A stretch of DNA of 64,000 bases from Escherichia phage P479. The stretch lies in the sequence record MW269952.1; one strand, written 5' to 3'. This document shows, piece after piece, positions 1 through 8,952 of the stretch (its first letter is position 1; each line of letters opens with the position of its first letter). The translations under genes were made by a program, and so were the position numbers. Below the pieces are notes generated by a model. That model was not told the DNA's origin. It saw only the letters and a list, made by a program, of their open reading frames with translations, and searched no databases.

Positions 1-2
1 TA

Positions 3-89
3 GATAAATCTGGCAAAGAAGTGGATTATTTGTTTAATCAGAAATTGGGTGATATCGCTAAACTTATGGGTCAATACTCTAAGAAATGA
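3..89 (+). CDS. 3' end of an upstream gene (partial), product not recognised
   Basis: Open frame from window edge to TGA at 87-89 (...DIAKLMGQYSKK*). Confidence 0.3.
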   Translation, partial: DKSGKEVDYLFNQKLGDIAKLMGQYSKK

Positions 90-140
90 TGTACATCTCC
101 AAATGATAGGGTTATAATGACCCTATCAACTACGGAGAAC
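90..140 (+). promoter_or_regulatory. T4-type early promoter, -10 in hairpin loop (PeSL-like)
   Basis: TGTACA 90-95, 17-bp spacer, TATAAT 113-118 flanked by inverted repeat GATAGGG/CCCTATC, then conserved ATCAACTAC..GGAG leader. Confidence 0.6.
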
Positions 141-144
141 AAAC

Positions 145-561
145 ATGACTCGCATTAATTTAACCCTGGTATCTGAACTTGCTGACCAACATCTTATGGC
201 CGAATACCGTGAGCTTCCTCGCGTTTTTGGCGCTGTTCGTAAGCATGTACAAAATGGTAAAAAGGTTTCTGACTTTAAAATCCCATCATCTTTTCTTTTA
301 GGGACTGGTCATGTCACCTTCTTTTATGATAAACTTTTGTTCCTTAAAAACCGCCATCAAGAACTTATTGCGGAATGTTTAAAGCGAGGATTTAACATAA
401 AAGATATTTCTACCCAAGATTTAAATGATATTCCTGATGAATGGAAGAATGATTATCAACCATCAATCTGGTCAATTGAAATCAGTCAAGCCAGACTGAA
501 TGAGAAAATTTCTCAAAAGCCTACCTGGTACAAATACTATGGGAAAGCTGTGTACGCTTAA
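145..561 (+). CDS. denV: Endonuclease V, pyrimidine-dimer DNA glycosylase/AP lyase
   Basis: 138 aa, N-terminus [27 protein letters not shown] matches T4 endonuclease V almost residue for residue. Confidence 0.95.
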   Translation: MTRINLTLVSELADQHLMAEYRELPRVFGAVRKHVQNGKKVSDFKIPSSFLLGTGHVTFFYDKLLFLKNRHQELIAECLKRGFNIKDISTQDLNDIPDEWKNDYQPSIWSIEISQARLNEKISQKPTWYKYYGKAVYA

Positions 562-609
562 CTAAAAAGGTTGTATAATGATTTTATCAACCAAACAATG
601 GAATATAAA

Positions 610-873
610 ATGAAAACGTATCAAGAATTTATTACTGAATCTGCTAAAGCTCCTGCTGGTTCCTTTAAAGTCCGCGCGTTTGCTGGTGATGCTGAAGACT
701 TTGGCACCATGAAGCGCAATGGTTATTCTTTCTTTGGCGGCGATGGTAAAGAAATTGTCACCTATGCAAAACGTCGCGAAATCGCATTCGTGGTTGCTGG
801 TAAGAAAGTTGATGTTGACGATATTGAATGGGACTTTGAGACCTTTGGTATTGTTTCTGGCGGTAAAGCATAA
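610..873 (+). CDS. ipII: Internal protein with capsid-targeting sequence (IPII-like)
   Basis: N-terminus MKTYQEFITE matches the T4 internal-protein CTS (cleaved after I-x-E); ATG 610 chosen over the TTG at 571 because a TATAAT box lies at 574-579. Confidence 0.65.
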   Translation: MKTYQEFITESAKAPAGSFKVRAFAGDAEDFGTMKRNGYSFFGGDGKEIVTYAKRREIAFVVAGKKVDVDDIEWDFETFGIVSGGKA

Positions 874-875
874 CT

Positions 876-925
876 GTTTACTTTTTGATGGGATAGTGTA
901 TAATTATCCCATCAACTTGGAGAGA
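876..925 (+). promoter_or_regulatory. T4-type early promoter (PeSL-like)
   Basis: GTTTAC 876-881, 17-bp spacer, TATAAT 899-904 within GGGATA/TATCCC inverted repeat, GGAG Shine-Dalgarno before ATG 930. Confidence 0.65.
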
Positions 926-929
926 ATAA

Positions 930-1229
930 ATGAAAACTTATCAAGAATTTATCACAGAAGCTAAAGCTCCTAAAGCATTTCAAATTGGGGTTCAAGGCAA
1001 TTTAGACCAACAATATGTTGATGCCATTGTAGCAAGCCTCGGTAAACAGGGCGTACAAGTGGATTCGGTTGATTTTACTAAAGGCAATACTTTTAATATT
1101 GTCACATCTAAAGGTTCTTTAGCTAAAGTTAAAAAGGCCTTTGGTGTAGCACAAGCATATGAAATCGACCACTCTGAATTAGAAAATAAAGGTCGCCAGA
1201 ACACAATTAAAGGTTCTGGTTCTTTCTAA
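930..1229 (+). CDS. ipIII: Internal protein with capsid-targeting sequence (IPIII-like)
   Basis: N-terminus MKTYQEFITEAKAP; 99 aa; adjacent paralogue of the previous ORF. Confidence 0.65.
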   Translation: MKTYQEFITEAKAPKAFQIGVQGNLDQQYVDAIVASLGKQGVQVDSVDFTKGNTFNIVTSKGSLAKVKKAFGVAQAYEIDHSELENKGRQNTIKGSGSF

Positions 1230-1389
1230 TAAAGGCAAGCCGACCCTCTCCTCATGAACGTCGCGTCCTCTGAGTGATGGACCTTTCCCTACCTGTAATA
1301 AGGTCGAGCCCAAGTGCGGTAAAGGGTTTACATACGGATACATGGACGAATTATGTGCCAAGGAATGGCCCCACAACTAAGAGACAACT

Positions 1390-1917
1390 ATGAAATTTTT
1401 AACTCCCATTTATCTAACCTTAATGCACGCCTTCGCTGAACGCGCCATTGAACGCTTAGATTCAGACCAATATACCTGGTATGAACCCGCTTCAAGAATG
1501 CAAGAGTTTGGTACTCTGAGACTTGACGGTGGAAGACAAACAGGTAAAACAAGTGCCATTGCACAGTTTGCTGCGGATTGGGTTTCCAAAGGTAATGATG
1601 TGATTGTTATGTCGAGTTCTTCGCATCGCTCACGAGAAATCTGTAATATAATAAAGCGGGTTTCTAAGGCACAACCACATCTTAATGTTGAACGACCTGG
1701 ATTCGTTGTCTATGATACTGTACGCAGTTTCCTTGATGAAGATAATTTCCATAAGTACCGTGGATTGCGTTTTACGCGTCTTTTAATCATTATTGAAGAA
1801 CCTATTCGCCTCCCTGCAATGGATAAGTTCTATGAAGCTTATCAGGTAATGATGAATAAATTTATGTGTCAAGGTGATAAGCCTTTGCCACTGTTCTTTG
1901 TGATAGGAATGCAATGA
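1390..1917 (+). CDS. Hypothetical P-loop NTPase-like protein
   Basis: 175 aa; Walker-A-like GGRQTGKTS and Walker-B-like LLIIIEEP; first of five overlapping ORFs. Confidence 0.45.
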   Translation: MKFLTPIYLTLMHAFAERAIERLDSDQYTWYEPASRMQEFGTLRLDGGRQTGKTSAIAQFAADWVSKGNDVIVMSSSSHRSREICNIIKRVSKAQPHLNVERPGFVVYDTVRSFLDEDNFHKYRGLRFTRLLIIIEEPIRLPAMDKFYEAYQVMMNKFMCQGDKPLPLFFVIGMQ

Positions 1918-2210
1918 TGACTGATGAAGAACTTTTTGAGTTCTGTTATTTCTCACGTAAGGTCCGAAGAGAGGACCTTACTACAAATTTTGAATATGCT
2001 TATTTCTATCCATTAGAATATGTATTCATGTCAGGGCCCTTTAAGGGCTCTCGTTTTAGATGTCATGCTCCAAGTATCCGATTAATGAAACAGGTTCCTT
2101 ACTTTACTCTCGAGTTCATCTCTGGGCCTTGTAAGGGTATTATTACTCGTAGTCTCTTGACTTATGACCAAGAGATTCATATGATTTCTGATTGGAAAAA
2201 ATATGTCTAA
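1914..2210 (+). CDS. Hypothetical protein
   Basis: 98 aa; ATGA overlap with upstream stop; internal repeat SGPFKGSRF / SGPCKGIITRS. Confidence 0.4.
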   Translation: MMTDEELFEFCYFSRKVRREDLTTNFEYAYFYPLEYVFMSGPFKGSRFRCHAPSIRLMKQVPYFTLEFISGPCKGIITRSLLTYDQEIHMISDWKKYV

Positions 2211-2417
2211 ATTGACTATTGAAGGTTCTGACGAAGCTCTGAAAAGATTTGTTGAATGGTTTAATGGACCAGGTGAACAAGACTTTCTGGAAGTCTGGGA
2301 TGGCGGTCGGTGGAATGGTAAAGAAATGATTTACCCGACTACCTATATCTCCGTGCAAGGTTGGACTGAAGGCCTTCGTTTGGTAGAATATGATATCGCA
2401 ACTGGCGAGGAAGTGAA

Positions 2418-2421
<4 letters not shown>
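2203..2421 (+). CDS. Hypothetical protein
   Basis: 72 aa; overlaps neighbours. Confidence 0.4.
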
Positions 2422-3001
<580 letters not shown>

Positions 3002-3045
3002 TGTACAAGCAGGTTGAAATGAGTTATGATTATCCCATCAAACAA
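3002..3045 (+). promoter_or_regulatory. T4-type early promoter (PeSL-like)
   Basis: TGTACA 3002-3007, 17-bp spacer, TATGAT 3025-3030, TATCCCATCAA leader, AAGGAG Shine-Dalgarno before ATG 3058. Confidence 0.55.
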
Positions 3046-3057
3046 AAGGAGATAATC

Positions 3058-3516
3058 ATGACTACTATCGATTCAAGTGTTTACATTCGCCGCAATAAAC
3101 TTCGTCGCATTTTTGAAACGGAGTTCCTCAAAATTAATAATGCTATCAACAAGGCTTGTAAAGAAGCAGGCCTTGAGGCATTCTTCATTAAGTACAGTCC
3201 GCACCTGTTGGACCGTGCAATCCAACGTGAAATTGATGAACAATATGTTTTTGACTTGTTTGGAAAAATCACACCACATGTAAAAGAAATCGTTGAATTC
3301 CTGGAGATGAAACCACTCCCGGAAGTTGAAGCACAAATTGACCCGAATGTGAACTATCGTCCACTTCGTCTGGAAATCACAGACAAGAACCTATGGTTAG
3401 GAATGACAGTTAACCCAGCTCTTCCTGGGAAGTCTCCGACCATGTGTTGTCGTATGGCGTTTGTTAACTCTAATCGTCTGGAAGGAAAAATTAGCACAAA
3501 AGTGATTTATATCTAA
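3058..3516 (+). CDS. regB: RegB sequence-specific endoribonuclease
   Basis: 152 aa; VYIRRNKLRR..HLLDRAIQREIDE..RLEITD..NLWLG..CRMA motifs match T4 RegB. Confidence 0.9.
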   Translation: MTTIDSSVYIRRNKLRRIFETEFLKINNAINKACKEAGLEAFFIKYSPHLLDRAIQREIDEQYVFDLFGKITPHVKEIVEFLEMKPLPEVEAQIDPNVNYRPLRLEITDKNLWLGMTVNPALPGKSPTMCCRMAFVNSNRLEGKISTKVIYI

Positions 3517-3526
3517 TGGGGAATTC

Positions 3527-4069
3527 ATGAAAAAAGTAATCGCCACCTTACTATTGACAGTTAGTATGTCTGCCCATAGCGTAGAGCCTACTTTCAGTAA
3601 TGAACAAATGGGGAACCTCCAGTATGCTTATGCGTTTGGAGAACAGTTCCAGAAAAATGGTAAGTACAAAGAAAATCCGCACCAACATAATGGTTTGGGA
3701 TATATCATGGCTGGTTTAGCCTGGCAGGAAAGTTCTGCTGGGATTAATACTGGATTAAATAAAGATAAGCATCATGCATATGGTATATTCCAAAATTATC
3801 TTCCAACCGTGCGCGAACGCGTGAAACAGGTTGGGTGGACAATGACAGATAAAGAAATAATCAAGATGATAAGCAAGAGAGAGAACAGTACACGCTGGGC
3901 TTATATTGAGCTTTCATACTGGTTGAATATTCATAAGGGGGATATAAGGAAAACACTATCATCATATAACGCAGGGTGGAATGTGAAAGCTGGTAATACG
4001 TATGCTTCACAGGTCCTAGAAAAAGCTAACTACTTAAAATCACGAGGCCTATTAAAAACGGTGGATTAA
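3527..4069 (+). CDS. Secreted lytic-transglycosylase-like protein (SLT fold)
   Basis: 180 aa; N-terminal signal peptide; ES...AYGIFQ motif typical of SLT domains; lies next to regB. Confidence 0.5.
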   Translation: MKKVIATLLLTVSMSAHSVEPTFSNEQMGNLQYAYAFGEQFQKNGKYKENPHQHNGLGYIMAGLAWQESSAGINTGLNKDKHHAYGIFQNYLPTVRERVKQVGWTMTDKEIIKMISKRENSTRWAYIELSYWLNIHKGDIRKTLSSYNAGWNVKAGNTYASQVLEKANYLKSRGLLKTVD

Positions 4070-4071
4070 AA

Positions 4072-4431
4072 ATGGTAAGAGTTATCACTTTAGCCATAGG
4101 GTTAGTATTCAGCATGGGAGGAATAGCTTCAGTACAGAGCGACGACAACAACAGCATCATAGAATATGCAACGAGGACGGCTAAAGATTATTGTGCAGCA
4201 AGCAATGTGGATTGTATAATCCAGTTCAGTGCCAAGCTCACCGCAGCCTATAAAGATGGTCAAAATGATGTTGAACATACGCTTTTGAAAAAGAATGTAT
4301 TATCCAACAAATATGAAAAGAAATTATTTGAAATGGATTGCATTCTATCAAGTGCAAAATACAAGGCGGCCTGCACCAGTATGGTTGACAGGTTAGTGGA
4401 TTCATATAATAGAGGATTGAACTCTAAATGA
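4072..4431 (+). CDS. Hypothetical secreted protein
   Basis: 119 aa; hydrophobic N-terminus, several Cys. Confidence 0.4.
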   Translation: MVRVITLAIGLVFSMGGIASVQSDDNNSIIEYATRTAKDYCAASNVDCIIQFSAKLTAAYKDGQNDVEHTLLKKNVLSNKYEKKLFEMDCILSSAKYKAACTSMVDRLVDSYNRGLNSK

Positions 4432-4907
4432 TTACCCAGTATATTAAGGGCGATATCGTCGCCCTCTTTCTTCAAGGCAATATTATTGCACATGGTTGCA
4501 ACTGCTTTCACACAATGGGTTCCGGTGTAGCTGGACAGTTGGCGAAGGCTTATCCAAAAGTTTTAGAAATAGATAAAACCACTACTGAATACGGTTCTCG
4601 TGATAAATTAGGCGATATGTCTATTGTTTTTAAACATAAGCCTACAGGTTTTGGCATGTGCTATAACTTGTATACGCAATACGAACCAGGCCCTAATCTT
4701 GATTATGGTGCTTTAGTAAATTGTATGATAGAATTAAATCTACAAGCAGAAACCCTTTTGTTTAAACCGGTAATTTATATTCCTCGTATTGGTTGTGGTA
4801 TTGCAGGTGGAGATTGGGATAAGGTATCTCAATTAATTGATATGTTTACTCCTGATATTGATTTAATAGTGGTGGATTATGAAAGCACATTACCCGCATC
4901 CGTTTGA
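4428..4907 (+). CDS. Macro-domain protein (putative ADP-ribose binding/hydrolase)
   Basis: 159 aa; GDIVALFLQGNIIAHGCNC...MGSGVAGQL...IGCGIAGGDW matches the macro-domain nucleotide-binding signature. Confidence 0.65.
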   Translation: MITQYIKGDIVALFLQGNIIAHGCNCFHTMGSGVAGQLAKAYPKVLEIDKTTTEYGSRDKLGDMSIVFKHKPTGFGMCYNLYTQYEPGPNLDYGALVNCMIELNLQAETLLFKPVIYIPRIGCGIAGGDWDKVSQLIDMFTPDIDLIVVDYESTLPASV

Positions 4908-5091
4908 CCCTAAAAACAAAGCGGAAATTATTCGACGCTGGACCGAAACTCGAGTAACCAAATGTCCTATAAAAAGTCAACACAACACTGATAAATGGTA
5001 TATCGGTGAATATGTTGAATATACTTTTATAGATAAAAATAAACGCAAACAGCACGTAGAAGAATATTGCTTAAAGGTGCAATGGTTATGA
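4879..5091 (+). CDS. Hypothetical protein
   Basis: 70 aa; GGTGGA Shine-Dalgarno; overlaps the macro-domain gene 3' end. Confidence 0.3.
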   Translation: MKAHYPHPFDPKNKAEIIRRWTETRVTKCPIKSQHNTDKWYIGEYVEYTFIDKNKRKQHVEEYCLKVQWL

Positions 5092-5294
5092 GCCAAGCCC
5101 GAATTCTTAAAACGGCCAAATGTGAAAAATGTGAATGGCCGGTAATCGCAGCTTTATGCAACGATGAAATGAATTGCGAATATGATTACTGGTGGTACTG
5201 TTCTAATAAAGGATGTTCTAATCATAAGGGTGAAGGTTTTCATTCTGGTTATTGCGAACATCCTAAATTTGTGCGATATGGGGAACCGAAATGA
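5088..5294 (+). CDS. Hypothetical Cys-rich (zinc-binding?) small protein
   Basis: About 68 aa with 10 Cys (CEKCEW, CNDEMNCEYDYWWYC, CSNHKGEGFHSGYCEH); AAGGTG Shine-Dalgarno. Confidence 0.4.
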   Translation: MSQARILKTAKCEKCEWPVIAALCNDEMNCEYDYWWYCSNKGCSNHKGEGFHSGYCEHPKFVRYGEPK

Positions 5295-5476
5295 GTTTAA
5301 GCATTAGTCAGAAAAGTAGATTATTTGAGCTCATCCATGAGCTTTTGGATGAGCATACAGAAGCAAACGCCTTTTATGATGAATACGGTCCAATAGATGC
5401 CGAACATCAGGAAGAATTTGCCAATCGATTTGATGCGAAAGAAAACGAATTAATAGCTTATGTGAATACGCTTTAA
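5291..5476 (+). CDS. Hypothetical acidic protein
   Basis: 61 aa; overlapping start. Confidence 0.35.
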   Translation: MSLSISQKSRLFELIHELLDEHTEANAFYDEYGPIDAEHQEEFANRFDAKENELIAYVNTL

Positions 5477-5485
5477 GAAGGTGAT

Positions 5486-6058
5486 ATGGCGAGTTTAATT
5501 TATCATTACGCAGCAATGAATGCAGGCAAAACAGCTTCATTGCTGACTGCAGCTTATTCCTATAAAGAGCGTGGAATGAGTGTGCTTTTGCTAAAACCTG
5601 TTATTGATAATCGGGACTCGGAAGGCGAAATTAAATCACGCATCGGTATTAGCCAGGAAGCAAACCTGGTAACGGCCGACATGAACCTGTTTGAATTCTA
5701 TAAATGGGCCGAGTCTCAAAAGGATATCCATTGTGTCCTGGTCGATGAAGCTCAATTTTTGTTACCAGAGCAAATTGACCAGTTAGCTCAAGTGGTTGAT
5801 AATTACAATATCCCCGTTATGTGTTACGGGTTAAGAACAGATTTTCGGGGTCAATTATTTCCCGGTTCGGCCAGACTTCTGGCTATTTCGGATAAACTGG
5901 TTGAATTAAAGGGCGTCTGTCATTGCGGCCGGAAAGCAACCATGACCGCTCGAGTAATCGACGGTGCTGCTGTAAAGGACGGCGAGCAAGTATTGGTCGG
6001 TGGGAATGAATCGTACGTATCTTTGTGCAGAAAACATTGGCTCGAATTAACAAGCTGA
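5486..6058 (+). CDS. tk: Thymidine kinase
   Basis: 190 aa; P-loop NAGKTASLL, VDEAQF, C-terminal zinc ribbon CHCG...LCRKH; matches T4 Tk. Confidence 0.95.
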   Translation: MASLIYHYAAMNAGKTASLLTAAYSYKERGMSVLLLKPVIDNRDSEGEIKSRIGISQEANLVTADMNLFEFYKWAESQKDIHCVLVDEAQFLLPEQIDQLAQVVDNYNIPVMCYGLRTDFRGQLFPGSARLLAISDKLVELKGVCHCGRKATMTARVIDGAAVKDGEQVLVGGNESYVSLCRKHWLELTS

Positions 6059-6065
6059 GGTTCAC

Positions 6066-6341
6066 ATGGTATACAAGGTTTGGACGTATATCTCTATTTT
6101 GATATTCCTGGTTTTGGTTTTTGTTCCTATGCAACAGGACCAGGAAAGGTATGAGCGCGAAGTCGAAATCGTTGCAAGTACCTATCACTCGTTCAACAAA
6201 GAGTGCCCCAATAAAAACGGAATAAGCCTGCAACAAGCATACTATTTGTCAACGATTACCAGCCCAAAACAACGGGTCTGGGTTGAACGTAATTTTGCAG
6301 GTTTATTTTCAGAGTACTGCTTTAATTTTAAACGTCTATAA
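6066..6341 (+). CDS. Hypothetical membrane protein
   Basis: 91 aa; N-terminal transmembrane helix; GAGG Shine-Dalgarno. Confidence 0.4.
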   Translation: MVYKVWTYISILIFLVLVFVPMQQDQERYEREVEIVASTYHSFNKECPNKNGISLQQAYYLSTITSPKQRVWVERNFAGLFSEYCFNFKRL

Positions 6342-6344
6342 ATA
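6337..6344 (+). promoter_or_regulatory. T4 late promoter (TATAAATA)
   Basis: Exact TATAAATA about 70 bp upstream of the rI start. Confidence 0.45.
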
Positions 6345-6413
6345 CAGTTACTAACTAGTATTCCGCTATGTTAAGGCTGCAAAGCGTAATCATGACCAAC
6401 AATAGGAGTCCTT

Positions 6414-6707
6414 ATGGACCTTATTCGAGGACTTTCATTAAGTCTAATAATCCTGGGCTGTTTAGGCCCAAATCTGTCCTCTGCAACAGAGGGGAAGTTT
6501 ACCCAATATGCAGATAGTGCGATGAAGATTTATTCGCAATTCAAAGAACCAAGCGTGCACCAATCCGAACAGTTCTGGGCGTTTATCAAGACTGAATGGA
6601 ACAACAAAAGCCAATGCGAAACTGAAATTACCTGCAAAAGCGATGGTAAAGCTGCGGCGAGAGAGTACGCTAAATTAATGAAGGTAAAATTGGAAGATGA
6701 AATTTGA
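6414..6707 (+). CDS. rI: Lysis-inhibition regulator membrane protein RI
   Basis: 97 aa; N-terminal signal-anchor; SEQFWAFIKT...C...AREYAKLMKVKLE resembles T4 RI C-terminal domain. Confidence 0.7.
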   Translation: MDLIRGLSLSLIILGCLGPNLSSATEGKFTQYADSAMKIYSQFKEPSVHQSEQFWAFIKTEWNNKSQCETEITCKSDGKAAAREYAKLMKVKLEDEI

Positions 6708-7080
6708 TGATTTCGTAACGGGTCGTGGGTCTGAGGTGGATTCATATATTGGGTGGTTGTTAGTCTCTTTGGCTTATTTTAAGTCCGCCCATCTTGAAAC
6801 CAAAAGTTACGCCCGCCATAAAGCTTATGATTTCTACTTCACAGAAATCCAAGGTCCACTCGACCAGTTCAGTGAGCAATGGTTAGGTTACAGCGGGAAA
6901 CAATACAAAGCTGCATTACCGTCCGCCTCGGACTTGCCGAAAGATACAATTTTGTTTTTAGATGAAATGATTAAAAGCTCGGAAAGAGTCTATAAAGTTG
7001 TACCCAAGGCTATTCAATCGACTCTGGACGATATCGTTGGAGTTTTCTTTCAGACTAAGTATCTGTTAACATTAGAGTAA
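6697..7080 (+). CDS. Hypothetical protein
   Basis: 127 aa; overlaps rI stop. Confidence 0.4.
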   Translation: MKFDDFVTGRGSEVDSYIGWLLVSLAYFKSAHLETKSYARHKAYDFYFTEIQGPLDQFSEQWLGYSGKQYKAALPSASDLPKDTILFLDEMIKSSERVYKVVPKAIQSTLDDIVGVFFQTKYLLTLE

Positions 7081-7105
7081 TTCAAAAGGTCTGCCTTCGG
7101 GTGGA

Positions 7106-7174
7106 CCTTTTTTCATTTAGGGGTTTACAACACCATAAAAAGGGTGTACTATTATCCCATCAACTACTGAGGAG
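7106..7174 (+). promoter_or_regulatory. Early promoter cassette (PeSL), near-identical copy at 38369-38438
   Basis: GTTTACA..GGGTGTACTATTATCCCATCAACTACTGAGGAG, preceded by UUCG hairpin 7087-7113. Confidence 0.65.
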
Positions 7175-7180
7175 AACACA

Positions 7181-7384
7181 ATGAGAATTAAAAATATCAA
7201 GATTGATGCAGTTAATACTGGTGATGAGGTTGTTATCTATCTTAATGATTATGCAATCTTTATGGACAGTGCCACTGATGAAGAAGTGGTTGAACTCTTA
7301 CAGAAAGCTCCATTTGAACTGTGTGAAGAAGATGCTACCCATCTTTCATCAGCAATTTTCTCATTATCATATGTGGTGGAATAA
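7181..7384 (+). CDS. Hypothetical acidic protein
   Basis: 67 aa; starts just after the PeSL cassette. Confidence 0.4.
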   Translation: MRIKNIKIDAVNTGDEVVIYLNDYAIFMDSATDEEVVELLQKAPFELCEEDATHLSSAIFSLSYVVE

Positions 7385-7620
7385 TGAAACTTACAAATAC
7401 CATGGTTTCATTGGAATATGAAACCAATAATCATATTCTTGAAATTAAGATATTTGATGACGGAAGCATATTTGCTGATTACAGAGGATATAGAATCCGC
7501 CTGGAAAAGGACGAGCTCAAGGAACCATGGCTCCTTAAAGACACCTTAAAAGGTTGTGGGTGCAAGCTGAAGAACACTCAAGTCCAAGAATTAATTTCTA
7601 CCATCAAAAAATACTGGTGA
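7384..7620 (+). CDS. Hypothetical protein
   Basis: 78 aa; start overlaps upstream stop. Confidence 0.4.
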   Translation: MKLTNTMVSLEYETNNHILEIKIFDDGSIFADYRGYRIRLEKDELKEPWLLKDTLKGCGCKLKNTQVQELISTIKKYW

Positions 7621-7624
7621 TATT

Positions 7625-7807
7625 ATGTTAACTACTGAACAGATTGAAAAAATTATCAAACTCGCCTGGCACATTGAAAATGCATCCAATGACCTGGCTG
7701 TTGAATATTGTGAAGGTTATTCATATTCTGGAATAGAACAGTGTAAACGAGATTTGGCTAACTCTAAAGCAGCCTTGGTTGAGTATCTGAATGAGTTGAA
7801 AGAATAA
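7625..7807 (+). CDS. Hypothetical protein
   Basis: 60 aa. Confidence 0.35.
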   Translation: MLTTEQIEKIIKLAWHIENASNDLAVEYCEGYSYSGIEQCKRDLANSKAALVEYLNELKE

Positions 7808-8064
7808 TGGCTGTTGGATTTGCAAAAGATGGTGCTGAACAGTTAGAGATGGAAGCGGTTGTACAGGCCGCCATCACCCATGCGAGAGCACAAGTTGCAG
7901 TTGAAAGGGAGTCTGCTGAATTCTGTTTTGACTGCGACGAAAAAATTCCTGAAGCGCGGAGACAAGCGATTAAAGGCGTGATATATTGTGTTGGTTGTCA
8001 ATCAATGCATGATGAAATTTTTAAACGTGAGCCAAGAAACTGTTGGCACAGGAGCATGAGATGA
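7807..8064 (+). CDS. DksA/TraR-type C4 zinc-finger protein
   Basis: 85 aa; CFDCDEKIPEARRQAIKGVIYCVGC is a Cys-x2-Cys-x17-Cys-x2-Cys finger of the TraR/DksA type. Confidence 0.5.
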   Translation: MAVGFAKDGAEQLEMEAVVQAAITHARAQVAVERESAEFCFDCDEKIPEARRQAIKGVIYCVGCQSMHDEIFKREPRNCWHRSMR

Positions 8065-8155
8065 TTTACTATCTTGAACCTTGGGCTTGGTTAACAATGG
8101 CTGTAGGGCCTGTTTTAATTGGTTTATTCTTTTCATGGTTAGCGAGGAAACTGTA

Positions 8156-8371
8156 ATGTTATATGACCCAAGTGGTAATTCTGAAAATGGTGTGATTGTT
8201 CTGGAGCCTGAGCATCCAGTTGGTGACGTATACCGCCCAGTTGAAGTGTGCGAATGTAATTTTGTTAAAGGTAATACTGGTGGGATTTCCATTGAGCAAG
8301 ATGATGATGTTATTTACCTGGATGCAAGCCAAGTAGAAGCTCTTTATAGTATTTTAAAACATAACCGTTGA
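8156..8371 (+). CDS. Hypothetical protein
   Basis: 71 aa from ATG 8156 with GAGGAA Shine-Dalgarno. Confidence 0.35.
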   Translation: MLYDPSGNSENGVIVLEPEHPVGDVYRPVEVCECNFVKGNTGGISIEQDDDVIYLDASQVEALYSILKHNR

Positions 8372-8381
8372 GGAACAGAAA

Positions 8382-8942
8382 ATGATTATTGAAACAACTG
8401 AATTGTTTGGCGAACTGACCGCTGAAGTAGTTAATAACGCAATTGAGCTTTGTCAAGAAGACGATAAAATCGTACTGACTATCGCTGATATTAAACCGCT
8501 TTACGATTTAAAGGTTTTGGACAGACACGATTATCTTAATGGTCGTGCTAGTGCTCCTGTTGATATCAATGATGATATGTATGCCTATATCTATAAAAAT
8601 GAAAACGGGTTTAATCTGGAAAATGGTATTGAATGTCTGAGCATCAGCGATTCTGATAAATTCTTTGATTGTATTTTCAAACTCTTCCAGGAAGAATGCA
8701 AGCCAGAAGTTGAATGGAAAGTCCCTGGTCAAGACGCACTGATTCGCTCTAGCGAAACGTTTGAAGGCGATGAAGAGGAATTAGATTATAATACTGAACT
8801 GACTGTGTATCAACATAACGGCCGTGACTTGTTGTCCATTGTCCAAAGACATGACGGTGAAAGTGAAGTTGTATTTACTAAAGACGAGCTAAAAGTTTTA
8901 GTCTCTTATCTGAACTCTGTTATCCCAACTATGAACTCTTAA
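8382..8942 (+). CDS. Hypothetical strongly acidic protein
   Basis: 186 aa; Asp+Glu far exceed Lys+Arg by eye. Confidence 0.45.
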   Translation: MIIETTELFGELTAEVVNNAIELCQEDDKIVLTIADIKPLYDLKVLDRHDYLNGRASAPVDINDDMYAYIYKNENGFNLENGIECLSISDSDKFFDCIFKLFQEECKPEVEWKVPGQDALIRSSETFEGDEEELDYNTELTVYQHNGRDLLSIVQRHDGESEVVFTKDELKVLVSYLNSVIPTMNS

Positions 8943-8952
8943 GGAAAATATT

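Noticed and set aside
571-609. TTG-initiated 5' extension of the ipII-like ORF
   Set aside because: The extension would begin inside the promoter -10 box (TATAAT 574-579); the conserved MKTYQEFITE start at 610 is far more plausible.
145-1229. Possible local rearrangement of denV/ipII/ipIII order relative to T4 and absence of lysozyme gene e beside ipIII
   Set aside because: My recollection of the exact T4 order and orientation in this block is not reliable enough to call a rearrangement without an alignment.
1237-1330. GC-rich spacer after ipIII, considered as a tRNA or small RNA
   Set aside because: No T-loop (GTTCRANYC) or acceptor-stem pairing could be found on either strand and no obvious hairpin; more likely a leader or degenerate remnant. 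Not excluded as a structured RNA.
992-1376. Minus-strand ORFs (992-1204, 1179-1376) antisense to ipIII and the GC-rich spacer
   Set aside because: No ribosome-binding site, and they overlap a well-supported + strand gene. Most other minus-strand ORFs in the track (for example inside genes 43, 46, 47, 39, 41) are likewise antisense shadows of coding sequence.
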